From: a virus
Lineage: Duplodnaviria; Heunggongvirae; Uroviricota; Caudoviricetes
DNA length: 33,263 bases
Virus record (IMG/VR): IMGVR_UViG_2703718853_000003
Location: 1 to 33,263 of that record
Strand: one strand, 5' to 3'
Below, piece after piece: positions 17,379 to 26,660 of the stretch. Both the position numbers and the translations under genes were made by a program. Position 1 is the stretch's first letter. Each line of letters begins with the position of its first letter. Under the pieces are notes generated by a model. It was given only the letters and a program-made list of their open reading frames with translations, did no database searches and had not been told where the DNA came from.

Positions 17379-18130
17379 GACGGGTGTTTGTGGATAAAAA
17401 GTTTTCCATTTTGAGAAAAAGAGTAAAGCATTCTCAAAAGAAAGTTATGGATTGTATTATTGCTGACCATAATGCTGATATATGTGTGTTATGCGGGAGT
17501 TCTGACGATATTACTCGTGAGCACATTATTCCTCAGTGGGCCTTTGAGTCAAATGCTGAAAAATCTTTAATTAATAAAAAGAATAATCAGTCAACTCATT
17601 ACATTAAAGCCACTGTACCAGCATGCAGAGTGTGCAATTCTGATTTGCTGGGAGTGTTTGAGTATAACCTGAAGAAATTTCTTACGGAAAAGAGGGGCGA
17701 TGAGTTAACAGATTATGAATATGATTGCATCATATGGTGGTTGCAATACATGGGCTTTAAGTTGCAATTAATGGATTTACGGACCCGCTTTCTCAGGTTT
17801 AAAGGGGGGGATTATATCCCTTTCCTTGCAAACTTCCCGGTTGCAATGTTTTGGGGGAATGTCGATACGACACCGGAGGATGTCTTCAGGATTATAAGAA
17901 AATCGCGACGCAATCTGATGTCGAAATGGAAGGATAAAAAACATAATTCTTTGATGGTTTTTGAAACATCAAACAAGAGTTTTCATTTCTTTCATAAGGT
18001 TGATGAATTTATTTTTATTGAAATGCCTCAGGTTAAGAAGGCGTTTTTCTTCTTTTTTAATAAAGAAATTGACAGCCATGATTTAGCTCATGAGGAGTGT
18101 ATGAAGATTATAGAGAAGTACTACAACTAA
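17375..18130 (+). CDS. HNH-motif protein (putative HNH endonuclease-domain moron, P2 orf30 position)
   Basis: 251 aa, AT-rich, ATGA-coupled to S. CVLCGSSDDITREHIIPQW ... CRVCNSDL matches a CxxC...(E/D)H..P...CxxCN HNH / His-Me finger pattern. Confidence 0.6.
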   Translation: MRRVFVDKKFSILRKRVKHSQKKVMDCIIADHNADICVLCGSSDDITREHIIPQWAFESNAEKSLINKKNNQSTHYIKATVPACRVCNSDLLGVFEYNLKKFLTEKRGDELTDYEYDCIIWWLQYMGFKLQLMDLRTRFLRFKGGDYIPFLANFPVAMFWGNVDTTPEDVFRIIRKSRRNLMSKWKDKKHNSLMVFETSNKSFHFFHKVDEFIFIEMPQVKKAFFFFFNKEIDSHDLAHEECMKIIEKYYN

Positions 18131-18207
18131 TATTTATTATGTTGTGTCACGGCTGACAGAGTCCTCCATGATTGCTGCTGGTATCGTCCGGCGGCATCCT
18201 TCCCGTC

Positions 18208-18843
18208 ATGAACACTCTCGCAAATATTCAGGAACTCGCGCGCGTACTGCGCAACATGATTCGCACCGGCATTATCGTCGAAACCGACCTTAACGCCGGT
18301 CGCTGCCGTGTGCAGACCGGCGGCATGTGTACCGACTGGCTTCAGTGGCTGACCCATCGCGCCGGACGTTCGCGCACATGGTGGGCACCTTCCGTGGGGG
18401 AGCAGGTGCTGATTCTGGCCGTGGGTGGTGAACTCGACACGGCGTTCGTTCTGCCGGGGATTTATTCCAGTGATAACCCCGCGCCGTCTGCGTCGGAGGA
18501 TGCCCTGCATATCCGTTTCCCTGACGGGGCGGTGATTGAGTATGAACCCGAAACCAGTGCACTCACGGCAAGCGGAATTAAAACGGCCAGCGTGATGGCT
18601 TCTGATTCTGTTACTGCCACGGTGCCGGTGGTCACGGTGAAAGCATCAACCCGCGTCACCCTGGACACACCGGAAGTGGTCTGCACCAACAAACTGACTA
18701 CCGGCACGCTGGAAGTGCAGAAGGGCGGGACGATGCGCGGCAACATCGCGCATACCGGCGGTGAACTCTCATCAAACGGTAAGGTACTGCATACCCATAA
18801 ACACCCCGGCGACAGCGGCGGCACAACCGGGAGTCCTCTATGA
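18208..18843 (+). CDS. V: Baseplate spike/assembly protein V
   Basis: 211 aa from ATG 18208 (MNTLANIQELA), the length I recall for P2 V. Confidence 0.85.
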   Translation: MNTLANIQELARVLRNMIRTGIIVETDLNAGRCRVQTGGMCTDWLQWLTHRAGRSRTWWAPSVGEQVLILAVGGELDTAFVLPGIYSSDNPAPSASEDALHIRFPDGAVIEYEPETSALTASGIKTASVMASDSVTATVPVVTVKASTRVTLDTPEVVCTNKLTTGTLEVQKGGTMRGNIAHTGGELSSNGKVLHTHKHPGDSGGTTGSPL

Positions 18844-19187
18844 CAGCGCGTTATCTCGGAATGAATCGCAGTGATGGCCTGACTGTCACTGACCTTGAAC
18901 ATATCAGCCAGAGTATCGGCGATATCCTGCGCACACCGGTCGGTTCACGGGTGATGCGTCGTGATTACGGCTCGTTGCTGGCGTCAATGATTGACCAGCC
19001 GCAGACCCCGGCGCTTGAGTTGCAGATTAAGGTCGCCTGTTACATGGCAGTGCTGAAATGGGAACCCCGCGTCACCCTGTCATCCGTCATCACTGAGCGC
19101 AGCTTTGACGGGCGAATGACGGTCACGTTAACCGGCCAGCACAACGACACCGGCCAGCCACTTTCGTTAACCATCCCTGTGAGTTGA
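18840..19187 (+). CDS. W: Baseplate protein W
   Basis: 115 aa, the length I recall for P2 W. Confidence 0.85.
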   Translation: MTARYLGMNRSDGLTVTDLEHISQSIGDILRTPVGSRVMRRDYGSLLASMIDQPQTPALELQIKVACYMAVLKWEPRVTLSSVITERSFDGRMTVTLTGQHNDTGQPLSLTIPVS

Positions 19188-19191
19188 AACC

Positions 19192-20100
19192 ATGCCGATT
19201 ATCGACCTGAACCAGCTACCCGCACCGGATGTGGTCGAGGAGCTGGACTTTGAAACCATTCTTGCCGAACGCAAGGCGACACTGATTTCCCTTTACCCGG
19301 AAGACCAGCAGGAGGCGGTCGCCCGTACCCTGACGCTGGAATCCGAGCCTCTCGTCAAACTGCTGGAGGAAAATGCTTATCGTGAGCTTATCTGGCGTCA
19401 GCGTGTGAATGAGGCCGCACGGGCGGTGATGCTGGCCTGTGCCGCCGGTAATGACCTTGATGTGATTGGTGCCAATTACAACACCACGCGCCTGATTATC
19501 ACTCCGGCAGATGATTCGACTATCCCGCCGACACCGGCAGTGATGGAATCTGACACCGATTATCGTCTGCGTATTCAGCAGGCGTTTGAGGGCTTAAGCG
19601 TCGCCGGGTCGGTGGGGGCCTATCAGTATCATGGTCGCAGTGCTGACGGGCGTGTCGCGGATATCTCTGTCACCAGTCCGTCTCCGGCCTGCGTCACCAT
19701 CTCCGTGCTGTCACGTGAAAATAACGGCGCCGCATCCGAAGACCTGCTGGCCGTGGTGCGTAACGCCCTTAATGGCGAGGACGTCAGGCCGGTGGCCGAC
19801 CGCGTGACCGTGCAGTCTGCCGCCATCGTTGAATACCAGATAAACGCCACGCTGTATCTTTACCCTGGTCCCGAAAGCGAACCCATTCGCGCTGCCGCCG
19901 TGAAAAAACTGGAAGCGTATATCACGGCACAGCACCGGCTGGGGCGTGACATCCGTCTGTCTGCCATTTATGCCGCTTTGCATGTGGAAGGTGTGCAGCG
20001 TGTCGAACTGGCTGCACCACTGGCCGACATCGTGCTCAACAGTACGCAGGCGTCTTTCTGTACTGAATACCGCGTCGTGACCGGAGGCTCGGATGAGTGA
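19192..20100 (+). CDS. J: Baseplate protein J
   Basis: 302 aa, the length I recall for P2 J. Confidence 0.85.
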   Translation: MPIIDLNQLPAPDVVEELDFETILAERKATLISLYPEDQQEAVARTLTLESEPLVKLLEENAYRELIWRQRVNEAARAVMLACAAGNDLDVIGANYNTTRLIITPADDSTIPPTPAVMESDTDYRLRIQQAFEGLSVAGSVGAYQYHGRSADGRVADISVTSPSPACVTISVLSRENNGAASEDLLAVVRNALNGEDVRPVADRVTVQSAAIVEYQINATLYLYPGPESEPIRAAAVKKLEAYITAQHRLGRDIRLSAIYAALHVEGVQRVELAAPLADIVLNSTQASFCTEYRVVTGGSDE

Positions 20101-20623
20101 TTCGCGACTGCTGCCGACCGGCTCATCACCGCTTGAGGTCGCCGCCGCAAAAGCCTGTGCGGAAATTGAAAAAACGCCGGTCAGTATTCGTGAGCTGTGG
20201 AACCCGGATACCTGTCCGGCAAATTTGCTGCCGTGGCTGGCGTGGGCGTTTTCGGTCGACAGGTGGGATGAGAAGTGGCCGGAAGCGACAAAACGCGCCG
20301 TTATCCGCGATGCGTATTTCATCCACTGTCATAAAGGCACTATAGGTGCAATCCGGCGTGTGGTGGAGCCGCTCGGCTATCTCATCAACGTGACGGAGTG
20401 GTGGGAAAACAGCGACCCGCCCGGCACCTTCCGGCTTGATATTGGTGTACTGGAAAGTGGCATCACAGAGGCAATGTATCAGGAAATGGAACGGCTGATT
20501 GCTGATGCCAAACCTGCAAGCCGTCACCTTATTGGCCTGAACATTACCCGGGACATTCCCGGCTACCTGTTCGCCGGTGGTGTGGCTTACGACGGCGATG
20601 TAATTACGGTTTACCCCGGATAA
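20093..20623 (+). CDS. I: Baseplate/tail-fibre attachment protein I
   Basis: 176 aa, the length I recall for P2 I. Confidence 0.85.
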   Translation: MSDSRLLPTGSSPLEVAAAKACAEIEKTPVSIRELWNPDTCPANLLPWLAWAFSVDRWDEKWPEATKRAVIRDAYFIHCHKGTIGAIRRVVEPLGYLINVTEWWENSDPPGTFRLDIGVLESGITEAMYQEMERLIADAKPASRHLIGLNITRDIPGYLFAGGVAYDGDVITVYPG

Positions 20624-20633
20624 GTGAGGAATA

Positions 20634-22883
20634 ATGAGCACAAAATTCAAAACCGTTATCACCACTGCCGGTGCAGCAAAGCTGGCAGCGGCAACCGCGC
20701 CGGGAGGGCGGAAGGTCAACATTACCACGATGGCCGTCGGGGATGGCGGTGGTAAATTGCCTGTCCCGGATGCCGGACAGACCGGGCTTATCCACGAAGT
20801 CTGGCGACATGCGCTGAACAAAATCAGCCAGGACAAACGAAACAGTAATTATATTATCGCAGAGCTGGTTATTCCGCCGGAGGTGGGCGGTTTCTGGATG
20901 CGTGAGCTTGGCCTGTACGATGATGCTGGAACGTTAATTGCCGTGGCGAACATGGCTGAAAGTTATAAGCCAGCTCTTGCCGAAGGCTCAGGGCGTTCGC
21001 AGACCTGCCGCATGGTCATCATCGTCAGCAGTGTGGCCTCAGTGGCGCTGACCATTGACACCACAACGGTGATGGCAACGCAGGATTACGTTGATGACAA
21101 AATTGCAGAACATGAACAGTCACGACGTCACCCGGACGCCTCGCTGACCGCCAAAGGTTTTACTCAGTTAAGCAGTGCGACCAACAGCACGTCTGAAACA
21201 CTCGCCGCAACACCAAAAGCGGTAAAAGCAGCATATGACCTTGCTAACGGGAAATACACTGCACAGGACGCCACCACAGCGCGAAAAGGCCTTGTCCAGC
21301 TCAGTAGTGCCACCAACAGCACGTCTGAAACGCTCGCCGCAACACCAAAAGCGGTAAAAGCAGCATATGACCTTGCTAACGGGAAATACACTGCACAGGA
21401 CGCCACCACAGCGCGAAAAGGCCTTGTCCAGCTCAGTAGCGCCACCAACAGCGATTCTGAAACGCTTGCGGCAACGCCAAAGGCGGTTAAGACAGCGTAT
21501 GACCTTGCTAACGGGAAATACACTGCACAGGATGCCACCACAGCGCGAAAAGGTCTTGTCCAGCTCAGTAGCGCCACCAACAGTGATTCTGAAACGCTGG
21601 CTGCAACACCAAAAGCGGTGAAGTCTGCCTATGACAATGCTGAAAAACGTCTTCAGAAAGATCAGAACGGTGCGGATATTCCTGATAAAGGACGCTTCCT
21701 GAGTAACATTAATGTTTACAGCAAAGGTGAAGTGGATAAGAAAAAGGGAATGCGAAAGTATTCGTTTGCAGCCCCTGCAAATGTCGTTGCCGGGAAGTGG
21801 TATCCCGTTATCTTTCGCCGTGCTGCCAGCCTTTCAGGAGAAATGGCATCCCGCGTCGTTATTTCAACTGGTTGTTATAACGGCGATTATGTAATGAATA
21901 ACTGCGAGTTTAATGGCATGGTTATGCCCGGAGGCTGGACCGATCGTGGTTCATATGCGGCAGGTTATTTCTGGACGTATCAGACTAATGAGCGTTCAAT
22001 CCATTCCATTGTTACAAGCCTGAAAGATGATGATGTATGTAGTGTTTTTTATGTTGAAGCCAGAGCTTTCCCAGTACAAATTCTTGCAGAGGAAGGGCTA
22101 ACGGTTATTGTTCCGACAGAGGATTATGTCGTCGGTCAGACGACATATAAGTGGGGGGCAACTAATCCCGCTACAGAAAGCACGAACGTACAGGCTATTC
22201 TGGATTTTAAAAATGGACGTGGTTATTACTGTTCACATCCATTTATTTCCAGCCTTTCAGGAAATGCTGCAACAGCAACTAAGTTAGCGAACGCAAGAAA
22301 TATTAATGGTGTCAGATTTGATGGCTCTGCCGATATAAATATTAATACACTGGTATCCAGAAACCGTGTTACTGCATTAGGTGGGAGCGTAAAGGGGACA
22401 CCAGGTATTCAGATGTATGAGGCATACAACAATGGCTACCCAACAGCCTATGGTAATGTGCTTCATCTCACTGGCGTAACCGCTGTAGGAGAGGGTGAGT
22501 TACTTATTGGCTGGAGTGGAACCAGCGGTGCTCATGCTCCGGCATATATTCGCTCCCGACGAGATACCACAGATGCTAACTGGTCTGGATGGGCGCAACT
22601 ATATACAACTGCTCATAAACCCTCAGCGGGAGATGTTGGTGCATACACCAAAGCTGAGTCAGATTCACGTTATGTGAGAGACATGCGGCTGGGCGGTGCA
22701 TCTACATATAAACCAGCAAATAATGGTACTACATGGACGCATCAGGCTCCGTCAGGTTGCGTATATACCGGCATTATTGTTCAGGATACCGGCTCAAACT
22801 CTGCCGATAACATTGGTGGCGTATATTACAGACCGGTGCAGAAATACATTAACGGGACATGGTATAACGTGGCGCAGGTATAA
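20634..22883 (+). CDS. H: Tail fibre protein H
   Basis: 749 aa. Conserved N-terminus, tandem tail-fibre repeats in the middle, and an AT-richer divergent C-terminal (receptor-binding) part. Confidence 0.85.
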   Translation: MSTKFKTVITTAGAAKLAAATAPGGRKVNITTMAVGDGGGKLPVPDAGQTGLIHEVWRHALNKISQDKRNSNYIIAELVIPPEVGGFWMRELGLYDDAGTLIAVANMAESYKPALAEGSGRSQTCRMVIIVSSVASVALTIDTTTVMATQDYVDDKIAEHEQSRRHPDASLTAKGFTQLSSATNSTSETLAATPKAVKAAYDLANGKYTAQDATTARKGLVQLSSATNSTSETLAATPKAVKAAYDLANGKYTAQDATTARKGLVQLSSATNSDSETLAATPKAVKTAYDLANGKYTAQDATTARKGLVQLSSATNSDSETLAATPKAVKSAYDNAEKRLQKDQNGADIPDKGRFLSNINVYSKGEVDKKKGMRKYSFAAPANVVAGKWYPVIFRRAASLSGEMASRVVISTGCYNGDYVMNNCEFNGMVMPGGWTDRGSYAAGYFWTYQTNERSIHSIVTSLKDDDVCSVFYVEARAFPVQILAEEGLTVIVPTEDYVVGQTTYKWGATNPATESTNVQAILDFKNGRGYYCSHPFISSLSGNAATATKLANARNINGVRFDGSADININTLVSRNRVTALGGSVKGTPGIQMYEAYNNGYPTAYGNVLHLTGVTAVGEGELLIGWSGTSGAHAPAYIRSRRDTTDANWSGWAQLYTTAHKPSAGDVGAYTKAESDSRYVRDMRLGGASTYKPANNGTTWTHQAPSGCVYTGIIVQDTGSNSADNIGGVYYRPVQKYINGTWYNVAQV
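21156..21645 (+). repeat. About 3.7 tandem copies of a 132-bp (44-aa) in-frame phage tail-fibre repeat inside H
   Basis: Repeated LSSATNS(T/D)SETLAATPKAVKAAYDLANGKYTAQDATTARKGLVQ units with nearly identical nucleotide sequence. This is what produces the long antisense ORF 21164..21580. Confidence 0.85.
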
Positions 22884-22886
22884 TTT

Positions 22887-23414
22887 ATGCAGCATTTAAA
22901 AAATATTACGGCGGGTAATCCAAAAACGGTTGAACAATATCAATTGACAAAGGACTTTGATGTTGTCTGGTTTTTTTCTGAAGATGGTAAGAACTGGTAC
23001 GAAGAACAAAAGTATTTTGCTGATGACACGATAAAAATAGCGTACGACAAAGATAATATCATCCGCTATGTGGAAAAGGATGTGACAGCTATCAGACCGG
23101 ATGGATTAAGTATTGTTGAAGTGGCGGATATTACTGCTAACCGACGGGCGGACATTTCAGGGAACTGGATGTTTAAGGACGGCAAAGTGATTAAACGCAT
23201 TTATACGGCAGAGGAATTACAGCAGCAGGCAGAAATTCAGAAAGCCAGACTTCTTGCAGATGCTGAATCCGTGATTTTGCCGCTGGAGCGCGCGGTCAGA
23301 CTGAACATGGCAACAGATGAGGAGCGCACACGGCTGGAGGCTTGGGAACGCTACAGCGTTGTGGTCAGTCGTGTAGATCCTGCAAATCCTGAATGGCCGG
23401 AAATGCCGCAATAA
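22887..23414 (+). CDS. G: Tail fibre assembly protein G
   Basis: 175 aa, the length I recall for P2 G, directly after H. Confidence 0.85.
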   Translation: MQHLKNITAGNPKTVEQYQLTKDFDVVWFFSEDGKNWYEEQKYFADDTIKIAYDKDNIIRYVEKDVTAIRPDGLSIVEVADITANRRADISGNWMFKDGKVIKRIYTAEELQQQAEIQKARLLADAESVILPLERAVRLNMATDEERTRLEAWERYSVVVSRVDPANPEWPEMPQ

Positions 23415-23592
23415 GTTGTATGAACTCTTGTGTGAGCTTACATACCTATAGAACAGAGTAAAGCCTAATCTGACAGTCCGCTCTGTGCCAGGAGCGGACG
23501 TTACTGACATCACAATGTGTTAATCAATAGAGAGCAGGTCACCATAATGTCATGGGTATCGCTGGTGATATGATCGCAATACACGACAATTA

Positions 23593-24267
23593 TTATTTAA
23601 TGATTTTAAAAAGTTCATTGTAGCTACAACCTTTGAATATTTCGAACTGATCATGGTAATTTGAATAAGCGCTTGCCATCATTCCGATATAACTATCCCA
23701 TGATGACTCAGAAACTACCCTTTCACCACGCTCTAATTCATCAATTAAAATATAAATAATATTAAATTGTGCAACAAGAGCAGTGTAGGTGGTGATGAGA
23801 TTATTTAGAAGGTCTGAATGATTAGGTTTGATTTTCCACAAACCAAAACTATCCCGAATTGCAACTAATTCGAATCGTAAATCTTTTGACTCAGAAAGTA
23901 ACTCCCTCCCACTTGTAGTGAGATGCTTGTAGAGTATGGGGTTCTCACTTTTTATTCTTGGCTGTATAGAAATAAGTGATTGATAACATTGATGATTTAA
24001 GTCCTTTGATCGAAACATGCTGTCGATGAACAATGTAGTTCTCTCGAAAGCCTTTTCTGATTTTTTGTTTTTAATCCATTCATTTACCCTTGTTAATGCA
24101 TAAATCGCTAGTCCAAGTGTTATTGTTGAAACTGTTGCAGTAATTGTTGATGGTTCAATTTTTTTAAAAAACCAGATATCAATCCATGCAAAAGAGACTG
24201 AGCCGAGATACATAAACAACATGTGACTCGCGAAGTATTCCCAAACACCTTTTAAATAGCTTTTCAT
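23593..24267 (-). CDS. Small membrane protein (two predicted N-terminal TM helices), cargo gene of unknown function
   Basis: AT-rich minus-strand ORF. The second ATG (24267) is preceded by AAGGA; the first ATG is at 24282. Hydrophobic stretches HMLFMYLGSVSFAWIDIWFF and ITATVSTITLGLAIYAL. A TATAAT-like -10 lies just upstream on the minus strand (plus 24290-24295). Confidence 0.6.
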   Translation of the reverse strand: MKSYLKGVWEYFASHMLFMYLGSVSFAWIDIWFFKKIEPSTITATVSTITLGLAIYALTRVNEWIKNKKSEKAFERTTLFIDSMFRSKDLNHQCYQSLISIQPRIKSENPILYKHLTTSGRELLSESKDLRFELVAIRDSFGLWKIKPNHSDLLNNLITTYTALVAQFNIIYILIDELERGERVVSESSWDSYIGMMASAYSNYHDQFEIFKGCSYNELFKIIK

Positions 24268-24443
24268 GTAGATCCTTAACATTTTCTTAATTATATTTTA
24301 TGGTGGTATTTTTGTTAGTATCGGCATGGATTAGAAATAGTTGATACTTTTATGCCCTGAGAGCATGAAAACTGGAAAAGCCTTGCTCATGATATAAATA
24401 GTGTTAGTTGCCACTGCTTTGGAAGTTATCCTTTAAATGGGCT

Positions 24444-24700
24444 ATCGGAAAGCCAGACTTCTAGCAGATGCTGAATCCGTGATTTTGCCGCTGGAGCGCG
24501 CTGTCAGGCTGAATATGGCAACAGATGAGGAGCGCAGTCGACTGGAGGCATGGGAACGCTACAGCGTTCTGGTCAGTCGTGTGGATCCTGCAAATCCTGA
24601 ATGGCCGGAAATGCCGCAAGAAGTTGTATGAGCTCTGGTGTGAACTTACATATCTATGGCACAGAGTAAAGCCTAATCTGACAGTCCGCTCTGTGCCGAA
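24444..24700 (+). repeat. Degenerate direct duplicate of the 3' end of G plus its downstream sequence (G' remnant)
   Basis: About 250 bp highly similar to 23236-23490. The encoded [57 protein letters not shown] copies the G C-terminus, with the G stop changed to a sense codon. Not an independent gene. Confidence 0.8.
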
Positions 24701-24921
24701 GCTAGCAAAGCCATGGTCCTTTCGCAGCAAGTTGCGTAAATAAGGCGTTTTTATCTCTTGAAGCATTCTACAAAGCCAACTCCTCGCTCAAACAGACGTG
24801 TCTGTTCAGCAATCTGCCCGCTTGGTATCAAGGGACGCCAGTAACGCGATACCGGGTGAATTCCTTCCTTAACTGCCCTCACATCATCTTTAATAATAGT
24901 TTACCCTGATATAACGGATGA

Positions 24922-26301
24922 TCAGAAGTCAATCAGGTCATCGAATTTCTGAGGTGGCTCTTGTTTTCGAACGCTATCTCCCTGATGAATCTCCGTCTCA
25001 CTTGTTTGGTATTTTACACCAGTAATTTTATGATAAGTCATACTGTTGGTTTTCAACAGTAGTGCATCATTTTTGTCATGCGAGGATGAAAATGAACCCA
25101 TATGTCTCGGTTTTATTTGTTCCTCAACTATCAACTGAATTTCCGGAACAAAAGCATACTGGTCATCTTCGATGTGTTCATACATCTCAACATTATATCG
25201 GCGAGATTTATCTGCGGCATGCCTGACGCCGGAAGACTTATTAAACAGAACGACATTATATCCTGTCTCAGCATCCTCACCGTTGGCATCTACCTGGGTA
25301 GATTTAAAGCTGACACCATCAAGCTTAAATTTATTTCGGTCACCTAGGTAATCGGCAACCACTTGGGTGATGAGGTAATCACTGTCCTGCCTTTTTCCAA
25401 AAGTAGGAAGCGTCAACTTACGGGAAAGCGTACTGAAAAAAATCGCGCGCTCACTGGTTTTGCGAGTCTGAGGATCAAATTTACTACCTGAGCCGAAACT
25501 AATCGAGTCAAGGGCAGAAATGTCCAGCACTTTTAGCTCGCGTAACGGTATAAAACAGGCCGTTACTACAATACTGCCGACGGGCGGCCTTACTTCAGCA
25601 ATTGCCAAATTCACTGAGGTTGCACCGTAAAATACTGAAATCCCCTGTGCGTTCATACGGCCCGACCGAGCCAAAGTTGTTGGGGGAGGTCCAAAATTTT
25701 TCTCGGGATGCTCCAAGGCTTGCTTTACTTCCTCTTGGTCCTCAAAAACCCTTGCACGAAAAAGATGAACCTCATCAGTCAGAGTTTTTATCGGTGAATT
25801 ACTGTCTCTGTTTTTTAGTTTATCGATATCACTGAAAAGTGAATCCAGGAAATCATTAACTTCACGGTTAAAATATCGTGTTTCTTTCATAAGGGAGTCA
25901 GTGGCTTTACTCCAGGTATGCGCAAGCTCTCCGCTATAGTGATTTATGTGCCGATAAAGAAACCCGTCATTATACCGGATGTAGTCATAATCGTTATGCG
26001 GATTATATTCATCACAAAGAAGTTCATAAATATCTTCAGCTACGTCCCATTCGACGCCCAGTTCTCCGTAGATGACATCCTGCGCGCTATCACCGCGCCC
26101 GGAATCATAGATATCCTCATATATATCATAATAGTACTCAAAAACCTCATTCATCATCTTGAGAATATATTTGAGGTGGATGTTTTTACGCTTCCTTTTG
26201 CAGTAAGAGCAAATCTGAAAATTATTTCCAGTTTTTATTATATGCTGCATGACATATTTATCGTTCACGCATTTATGACAAATATACTTATCTTCCCACA
26301 T
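24922..26301 (-). CDS. RES-domain protein with N-terminal zinc ribbon (candidate NAD+-targeting abortive-infection effector), cargo gene
   Basis: 459 aa, AT-rich, minus strand. N-terminal CHKC-x19-CSYC zinc ribbon. RES signature LFRARV ... SGRMNAQGISVFYGATSVNLAIAEV ... DGVSFKS...GYNVVLFN at about aa 178-356 (roughly nt 25234-25770). Domain call is by motif recognition only. Confidence 0.65.
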   Translation of the reverse strand: MWEDKYICHKCVNDKYVMQHIIKTGNNFQICSYCKRKRKNIHLKYILKMMNEVFEYYYDIYEDIYDSGRGDSAQDVIYGELGVEWDVAEDIYELLCDEYNPHNDYDYIRYNDGFLYRHINHYSGELAHTWSKATDSLMKETRYFNREVNDFLDSLFSDIDKLKNRDSNSPIKTLTDEVHLFRARVFEDQEEVKQALEHPEKNFGPPPTTLARSGRMNAQGISVFYGATSVNLAIAEVRPPVGSIVVTACFIPLRELKVLDISALDSISFGSGSKFDPQTRKTSERAIFFSTLSRKLTLPTFGKRQDSDYLITQVVADYLGDRNKFKLDGVSFKSTQVDANGEDAETGYNVVLFNKSSGVRHAADKSRRYNVEMYEHIEDDQYAFVPEIQLIVEEQIKPRHMGSFSSSHDKNDALLLKTNSMTYHKITGVKYQTSETEIHQGDSVRKQEPPQKFDDLIDF

Positions 26302-26537
26302 TTTTTACTCACTCATCATCAGCTGATACAGGGTCACTTTCCTGCAATTTTATAATTAAATCAAGCATAAAAACCCTCTTCACACATTAATGCTTTCAGT
26401 GTGAAAATAATTAGTGGTGCACTGTACTGATAATAATTACGAACTTCCGCTTCTCGCTCAAAGCAGACTGTCAGATTTGATAGCGTTTGGGCTATGTAAA
26501 TTGTCAGTCGTAAAATTAGTGAGTACAAATCAGGACA

Positions 26538-26564
26538 GGCGGGCGGATTGCCCGCCTTTTCTTT
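26538..26564 (+). terminator. Rho-independent terminator between the cargo island and FI
   Basis: ggcgggc / gcccgcc stem (26538-26544 and 26550-26556) followed by TTTTCTTT. Confidence 0.55.
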
Positions 26565-26660
26565 ATCTGTTGTTTCATCCACTGACCAGCCAGGTCAAAT
26601 AGCGTCTCATGCTCTGCACAACAGAAAATAGTTGCACCCATTAACCACGGAGTTAAACGG

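Noticed and set aside
21164-21580. 138-aa minus-strand ORF with internally repeated sequence; the repeats could be mistaken for a CRISPR-like array
   Set aside because: It is the antisense shadow of the in-frame 132-bp tail-fibre repeats within H. The repeats are contiguous coding units with no interspersed unique spacers and no cas genes nearby.
24437-24631. 64-aa plus-strand ORF that looks like a small gene between the two cargo genes
   Set aside because: Its sequence is a copy of the G C-terminus with a mutated stop. It is a duplicated remnant, not an independent gene.
26361-26602. Two small ORFs (73 aa minus, 62 aa plus) in the spacer between the RES gene and FI
   Set aside because: No ribosome-binding sites, and they overlap the terminator hairpin; more likely promoter or terminator sequence than coding.
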